Source: Squalus acanthias (lineage: Eukaryota). From it: 64,000 nt of DNA. The translations under genes were made by a program, and so were the position numbers. Shown one piece after another: positions 57,142 through 64,000 of the stretch. A model generated the notes under the pieces. It saw only the letters and a list, made by a program, of their open reading frames with translations, was not told where the DNA came from and ran no database searches. Where the stretch lies: the NCBI GenBank assembly GCA_030390025.1, contig CM059452.1, positions 10,292,001 to 10,356,000 on the forward strand, in the 5' to 3' direction. How positions within the stretch are numbered: the first letter of the stretch is position 1; each line of letters starts with the position of its first letter.

Positions 57142-58439
57142 CTGCAGGGGTTGGATTCTGCTGTTATTGCTGCTGTTAATTACATCCCGGACTGAATCGT
57201 CTTCATTCTGACAGGTGGAGTTTCTTCCTGCTGATCTTAATAACCCCTATAACTGGGCTGGAGTTTAATATTTTGATATTTGAAATAACACAGTGTGTCG
57301 ATATTTGATGTCTCCAAGATAAGAGGAGACTAATTGATGTCCTGTTACCGACTGCTCCATTTTTGGGCCTTTTCTCCTTTCTAACTCGAGATTATTTCAG
57401 TTCTCATACCTTCGGTTACTCTCATGGACAAGTCCCAGCTCCCCATACATTCCAGAGTGCCTCTCCTAGCCTTGGTATCCAGGGAAGGTCTCGGTAACAC
57501 GCCCGGGATCACTAAACACAAAACCCAGTCTGTTAATCACTTTCAGCTACTGGACTTAGCGTGTGACCCACAGCATCTCTCTCACCTTCGATGTGTGAAT
57601 AGAGCATCACGCCTGCAAACCTGCTTTCAATTTCAATTTGAATCCACTCAGCAAGTGTATTTAAAAAAAATACGTACAAGTAAACAGATCACATCAAATA
57701 ATTGGCAAAGGTTTAGAGTCAACAAGATGAACACATCACGGCCCAATACCCCAGCTCTATATTCACAGGAGAAAGTCTGTTATCTAACTCCTCGAGTGCA
57801 CAGAATAGAGAAAGATCCCAACTCTAAGAACATCTAGAATCTGTTGTAAATATCTTTCAAATCCTGACTGGTCCAATCTGTCGGTTTCCTTTCAATTGAA
57901 GTGAATGGAAGATGAGAGGGGTGTTGGCATATGGACCTCGGTTAATTCAGCTTCTGAAAGGTGTTCATGTTTAGTTCATTCGATATCGGGGAAAATGTGG
58001 TTGGTATCATTAGAGAGAGAGAGATTTCACTGAGCAACAGCTGGTGTTTGCAACCAACTGGCCTTGGATATTTTCATCATAGAATGTTTCGATCAGAAAT
58101 ATGAAGTTGGGATAAGAAAAGTCTGGAGACTAGTGGTTTGTGCTGCCCCAGGAAGGCCACAGTGTTTTTACCTGCTTCTAACGTTGTTGATGTGTGTTGA
58201 AGAAAATGCAGACTTGTGTCTCTGGACTGTGCAGTAGCCAGAGACGACCATATTAGGCAATGCCAGCTCCAGTTTGATAAGAGGTTAATGGGAGAGCAAG
58301 AGATCCAGCAGTTTTAAGAATTTATCTCCCGTTATCTGCAGACATCGAATGTCGCAGCGTGCTGACAAAATTGGACTTAAGACTTTAACCTATTGGGTTA
58401 AATTATTGGGATCGATTGTTATAGAATTGAATTGTTATA

Positions 58440-59048
58440 GAATGGAAAAGTAGGGAAGTTATGCTAAACTTGTATCGAACCTTGGTTAGACCACACTTGG
58501 AGCACTGTGTACAATTCTGGTTGCCATATTATAAAAAGGATAGAGAGGCACTGGAGAGGGTGCAGAGAAGATTTACAAGGATGATACCAGAAATGAGAGG
58601 GTATACCTGTCAGGAAAGGATGGACAGGCTGGGTCTCTTTTCTCTTGAAAAATGAAGGCTGAGGGGTGACCTAATAGAGGTCTTTAAAATTATGAAAGGT
58701 TTTGATAGAGTGGATACAGAGAGAATGTTTCCACTTGTGGGGAAGAGCATAACTAGAGGCCATCAATATAAGATAGTCACCAAGAAATCCAATAGGGAAT
58801 TCAGGAGAAACTTCTTTACCCAGAGAGTGGTGAGAATGTGGAACTCGCTACCACAGGGAGTGGTTGAAGCGAATAGTATAGATGCATTTAAGGGGAGGCT
58901 AGACAAGCTTATGAGGGAGAAGGGAATAGAGGGTTATGCTGATAGAGTTAGATGGGGAAAGACGGGAGGAGGCTCGAGTGGAGCATAAACGCCGGCACGG
59001 ACTGGTTGGGCCGAATGGTGTGTTTCTGTGCCGTATATCCTGTGTAAT
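58440..59048 (+). mobile_element. CR1 LINE 3' fragment
   Basis: LYRTLVRPHLEHCVQFW..FFTQRVVRMWNSLP, with a stop. Confidence 0.9.
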
Positions 59049-59239
59049 CCTATTTTCCAAGACACATTGCTCGAAGGGGAGGATAAATGACTCGCATCCA
59101 AACGCAATTGTTACTTTTGTCTTCTTTGTAAAATCACAAAGTCTGGGCATAATTTGTTTGTGAAATTAAAATTGATTATATAGACTAGAAGTAATTGAAT
59201 CAGGAAATGTATTTTATAATGATGTGCGTTTTGAAATTG

Positions 59240-60125
59240 TACTTGGAACGTCTCCTCATTAAAGATCTCCCATTGTTCCGTTACAGTTTTTCCTGTCAGT
59301 CTTTGGTTCCATTTGACCCTGGCTAGATCCTTTCGCATCCCATTGAATTTAGCCCCAATCCAGTTTAGAAGTTCCACTCTAGATTGTTCCTTGCTCCTCT
59401 CCATTGCTAATCTAAATCTTATGATACGATGATCACTCGTACCCAAGTGTTCTCCCACAGACACTCGGTCGACCTGGCCCACCTCATTCCCCAGCACCAG
59501 ACCCAGCAATGCCTCCTTCCTAGTTGGGCCAAGAACATACTGGTCAAGGAAATTCTCCTGAACACATTTCAGAAATTCCTCCCCTTCCTTTCTCTTTACC
59601 CCAGCATTATCCCAATCGATATTTGGGTAAGTAAAGTCGGGCAATATCACCACTCTATAGCTCTTGCATATCTCTGCGATTTCACTGTAGATTTGCTCCT
59701 CTACCTCCCTCTCACTATTTGGAGGCCTATAGATTACCCCCAATAGCATGATCAGACCCTTTTTGCTCCTCAACTCTAACCAAATGGATTCTGTCCTTGT
59801 CCCCTCAAGAACATCCTCCCTTTCCAACACTACAATGTCTTCCTTAATCAGCACTGCCACCCCACCTCCCTTTTTTCCTTCCCTATGTTTTCTGAACACC
59901 TTGTACCCTTGAATATTTAGTGCCCAATCCTCACCATTTTTAAGCCACGTTTCCGTTATTGCCACAACATCATATTGCCACATGGCTAATTGTGCTTGTA
60001 GCTCACCAACCTTATTCACCACACTTTGTGCGTTTACGTACATGCATTCCAAACCCATTTTTGAATTTTTCGTAGTCTTTCTTAGTCTGCTCCTATCTAA
60101 TATGGTACTACTTCCGCCTCTGGTA
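59240..60125 (-). mobile_element. CR1 ORF2 APE endonuclease fragment
   Basis: YVNAQS, ITETW, GGGVA, IYRPPN, SDH. Confidence 0.9.
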
Positions 60126-60139
60126 CACAGTGTGTGTTT

Positions 60140-60310
60140 TTGCTGATCTTAATAACCCCTATACCTGGGCTGGAGATTAATATTCTGTATAAATATTGAA
60201 TAAAGCAGCTTTGTTTCAAACACAGTGTATTGAATATTTGATTTCTCCATGATCAGAGGAGACTTATTGATGTTCTGTTACCGACTGTTCCATTTTTGGG
60301 CTTTTCTTAC
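60140..60310 (+). repeat. Paralog of the ZNF 3' UTR/flank at 57228-57380
   Basis: Shared GCTGATCTTAATAACCCCTATA..GGAGAC..TGTTACCGACTG..CCATTTTTGGGC. Confidence 0.75.
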
Positions 60311-60699
60311 TCTTGATTATATCACTTCTCACCGAGTTCACCTTCAACCACATCGAACCCCAAGCTGGTTCCGTTTGACTACATGGCTTGTGGGTGTCAT
60401 AGACTGAACTACAGTGTCTCACTTTATACTCATCTGAAATTCCTTTCAACCAACCCTTGAAAGAACTCTCTTGCTTCAGATTTGAAAGCAGTTATTGTGT
60501 GCATGGTTTAACACTTCTTGGATCCGGTTAGTCCAACTCCTCCACAGGTTCTGCATGTGACAGCCTTTGGAATGTTCTGATCTTTGTCATTGTCTTTGCT
60601 GATTGTGATGGTGCCCTTGATTTAATCTCCTGGAACTAACACACCGTGCACTATTTCCTGCATCGAGATCATTGTTTCAAATACTGAGCTTGAGCACAG

Positions 60700-63600
60700 A
60701 GCTTGGAGACAGAGCCGGGAGATTCGCAAACGCAGTGATTCACAAGCAGAGTGGGCGCAGGAATTGGTGGAGAGGAAGAAGGCGGTGGAGACGTCTGAGT
60801 GAAAAGGAGGAGTGGAGCCACAGAACCCAAGTTAATAGGCACGAGAGCGGAGCTGTGGGACAGCGAGAGGAGCGGCCGCAGATAAAGACAGGCCCAAGAG
60901 CCCGGAGGGAGCGCCAGTGTCAGGGAGCGAGGTAAGTGACCTCAGCACAAGGGAAGGAGCAGATTGGGGAGGGATTGTTTTTAAGTCTCGAGTTTATTTC
61001 TCTCAGTTACTTAAAAAAAAAGTTGGTTAATAGTCGAATAACTAGAGGCACAGCAGGGCAACTGGGTCCAGTGGATGCACATCCTGTGCCTTTCCACCAT
61101 CTACAAGTCACAAGTAAGGAGTGTGATGGAATACTCTCCACTTGCCTGGATGAGTGCAACTCCAACAACACTCAAGAAGCTCGACACCATCCAGGACAAA
61201 GCAGCCCGCTTGATTGGCACCCCATCCACCACCTTAGACATTCACTCCCTCCACCACCGGCGTACCGTGGCTGCAGTGTGTACCATCTACAAGATGCACT
61301 GCAGCAACTCGCCAAGGCTTCTTCGGCAGCACCTCCCAAACCCGCGACCTCTTCCACCTAAAAGGACAAGGGCAGCAGGCGCATGGGAACACCACCACCT
61401 CCAAGTTCCCCTCCAGGTCACACACCATCCTGACTTAGAAGTATATCATCGAGCCTTCATCGTCGCTGGGTCAAAATCCTAGAACTTCCTCCCTAACAGC
61501 ACTGTGGGAGTACCTTCCCCACACGGACTGCAGCGGTTCAAGAAGGCGGCTCACCACCACCTTCTCAAGGGCAATTAGAGATGGCCAATAAATGCTGGCC
61601 TTGCCAGAGACGCCCAGATCCCATGAACGAATAAATAAAAATTGTGGGAACTCCAGGACGCTTCCCGTGTCCTGGACAACCACATGTGCAGGAGGTGTGG
61701 TCAGCTGGAGGAGCTCGAGCTCCGGGTTTCGGAGCTTGAGCAGCAGCTGGTGTCACTGCGGTGCATCCGCGAGGCTGAGAGCTTCGTGGACAGCACGTTT
61801 CAGGAGGTGGTCACCCCGCAGCTAATGAGTGCGCAGGCAGAGAGGGAATGGGTGACTGCCAGACAGAAGAGGAGGACCAGGCAGGTAGTGCAGGAGTCCC
61901 CGGAGAGCATCTTGCTCTCCAACCAGTATTCTGTGCTAAGTACTGGTGAGGGTGATGGTTCCTCTGGGGAGTGCAGCCAGAGCCAAGTCCATGGCACCAC
62001 AGGTGGCTCAGCTGCACAGGGGTGGAGGAGGAAGACAGGGAAAGCAATAGTGGGAGGGGATTCAATAGTTAGGGGAGCAGACAGGCGTTTCTGCAGCTGC
62101 AGACCTGACTCCAGGATGGTATGTTGCCTCCCTGGTGCCAGGGTTAAGGATGTCACTGAGCGGCTGCAGGACACTCTGAGGGGGGAGTGTGAACAGCCAG
62201 AGGTCATGGTCCATATCGGTACCAACAATGTGGGGAGAAAGAGGTATGAGATCCTGCAGACAGATTTTAGGGAGCTCGGAAAGAGATTAAAAAGCAGGAC
62301 CTCAAAGGTAGTAATCTCTGGATTACTCCCGGTGCCACGCGCGAGTGAGTACAGAAATAGGAGGATAGAGCAGATGAATGTGTGGATGGAGAGATGGTGC
62401 AGGAGGGAGGGCTTCAGATTCCTGGGACATTGGGGCCGGTTCTGGGGGAGGTGGGACCTGCACAGGCCGGACGGGTTGCAACTCAACAGGGCCGGAACCA
62501 ATATCCTCACGGGGAGGTTCGCTAGTGCTGTTGGGGAAGGTTTAAACTAAGTTGGCAGGGGGATGGGCACCAGGATGTAACATTAGAAAGGGGAAATAAA
62601 GTGCTCACAGGATTGGGATAGGCAGAGATCACTAAAGTAAGATATAGTGAGGTATTAGGTGGGGTCAAACTAAGAGAGAATACAGGATGGTCTAAGATGG
62701 GTTTACAGTGTCTGTATGTGAACGCACGAAGCGTAGTAAACAAGGTAAGTGAGCTGCAGGCACAAATAGCCACATGGGAATATGATGGTGTGGCAATAAC
62801 TGAGACCTGGCTCAAAAAAGGGCAGGATTGGGTATTAAATATTCCTGGTTATAGAGTGTTCAGGAAAGATAGGGAAGGAAAGATCGGAGGTGGTGTGGCA
62901 GTATTGGTCAAGGAGAATGTAACACTGCTGGAGAGGGAGGATGTCCTGGAGGGGTCAAGGACAGAATCTATATGGCTAGAGTTAAGAAATAATAGAGGTG
63001 CTATTACACTACTAGGTGTATTCTATAGACCACCAAATAGTGGGAAAGATATGGAGGAGCAAATTTGCAGAGAAATTACAGAGGGGTGCAAGAACTATAG
63101 AGTAGTAATAATGGGGGACTTCAACTATCCTAATATAGACTGGGATCGTAATAATGTTAAGGGCAGAGAAGGGGAAGAATTTCTGAAGTGTGTTCAGGAG
63201 AACTTTCTTGATCAGTATGTTTCCGGCCCGACGAGGGAGGAGGCATTGCTGGATCTGGTTCTGGGGAATGAGGTAGGTCAAGTGGAGCAAGTGTCAGCAG
63301 GTGAACATTTAGGGAACAGTGATCACAGTATCATAAGGTTTAGATTAGCTATGGAAAAGGACAGGGAGCAATCTAGAGTAAAAATGTTTAACTGGGGGAA
63401 GGCCAATTTCAGTGGGATGAGAATGGATCTGGCCCGGGTAAACTGGAATCAAAGATTGGCAGGCAAAACTGTAATGGAACAATGGGCTGCCTTTAAAGAG
63501 GAAATAGTTCAGGTAAAGTTGAGGTACATTCCCACGAGGGGGAAAGGCAGGGCTCCCTGGATGACGAAAGAGTTAGAGAATATGATGAAGCAGAAAAAGA

Positions 63601-64000
63601 GTGCGTATGACAGATGTCCGGTTGCAAATAAAACTGAGAATCAGGTTATATATAAAAAGGTCAGAGGAGAAGTGAAAAAGAAAATAAGAGGGGCAAAGCG
63701 AGGGTATGAGAATAGAATGGCAGCCACTATAAAAGGTCATCCAAAAGTCTTCTATAGTCATTTAAATAGTAAAAGGGTAGTAAGAGGAGGGGTGGGGCCA
63801 ATTAGGGCCCAAAAAGGAGACCTACGCATGGAGGCAGAGGGCATGGCTGAGGCACTAAATGAGTACTTTGCATCTGTCTTCACCAAGGAAGAGGATGCTG
63901 CCATAGACATAGTGAAGGAGGATGTAGAGGAGATACTGGATGGGATAAAAATTAATAAAGAGGTATTAGAAAGGCTGGCTGTACTTAAAGTAGATAAATC
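60700..64000 (+). mobile_element. CR1 LINE, 5' portion (ORF1 with zinc finger and SGNH esterase; ORF2 open from 62697 to window end)
   Basis: ORF1 CRRC..LEELELRVSELE, GDSIVR, HIGTNN, DGLQLN, stop 62550. ORF2 YVNARS, ITETW, GDFN, SDH, YFASVFT. Confidence 0.9.
61085..61641 (+). mobile_element. LINE 3' fragment (family of 28140-28963) nested in CR1 ORF1
   Basis: STIYKSQVRSVMEYSPLAW; AATAAATAAAAA tail; splits the CR1 zinc-finger motif CTSC|..WE. Confidence 0.85.

Overview
Eukaryotic genomic DNA, most likely from a cartilaginous fish (inferred from the V-segment types and the CR1, Penelope and SINE content). It has one assembly gap (1362-1583). About 1-30.7 kb is a T-cell receptor alpha/delta-type V-segment cluster. 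I count 14 V segments in mixed orientation, 11 with a 23(+/-1)-bp-spacer RSS; 4 look intact, one family has no leader intron, and CTCF motifs lie near several V genes. CR1, SINE and Penelope insertions and three minisatellites are interspersed. About 30.8-52.3 kb is a head-to-tail array of three near-identical, full-length Tx1-clade non-LTR retrotransposons. All three have their 3' end at the same position in the 3' terminal region of an antisense Penelope-like element, about 39 nt from the predicted cleavage site of its minimal hammerhead ribozyme. An unoccupied copy of that target lies at about 11.1 kb. About 53.6-64 kb holds degenerate C2H2 zinc-finger genes and CR1 LINEs. The best candidate for a new system is the Penelope-targeting, sequence-specific Tx1 element. 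Coordinates were read by eye and may be off by a few bases.
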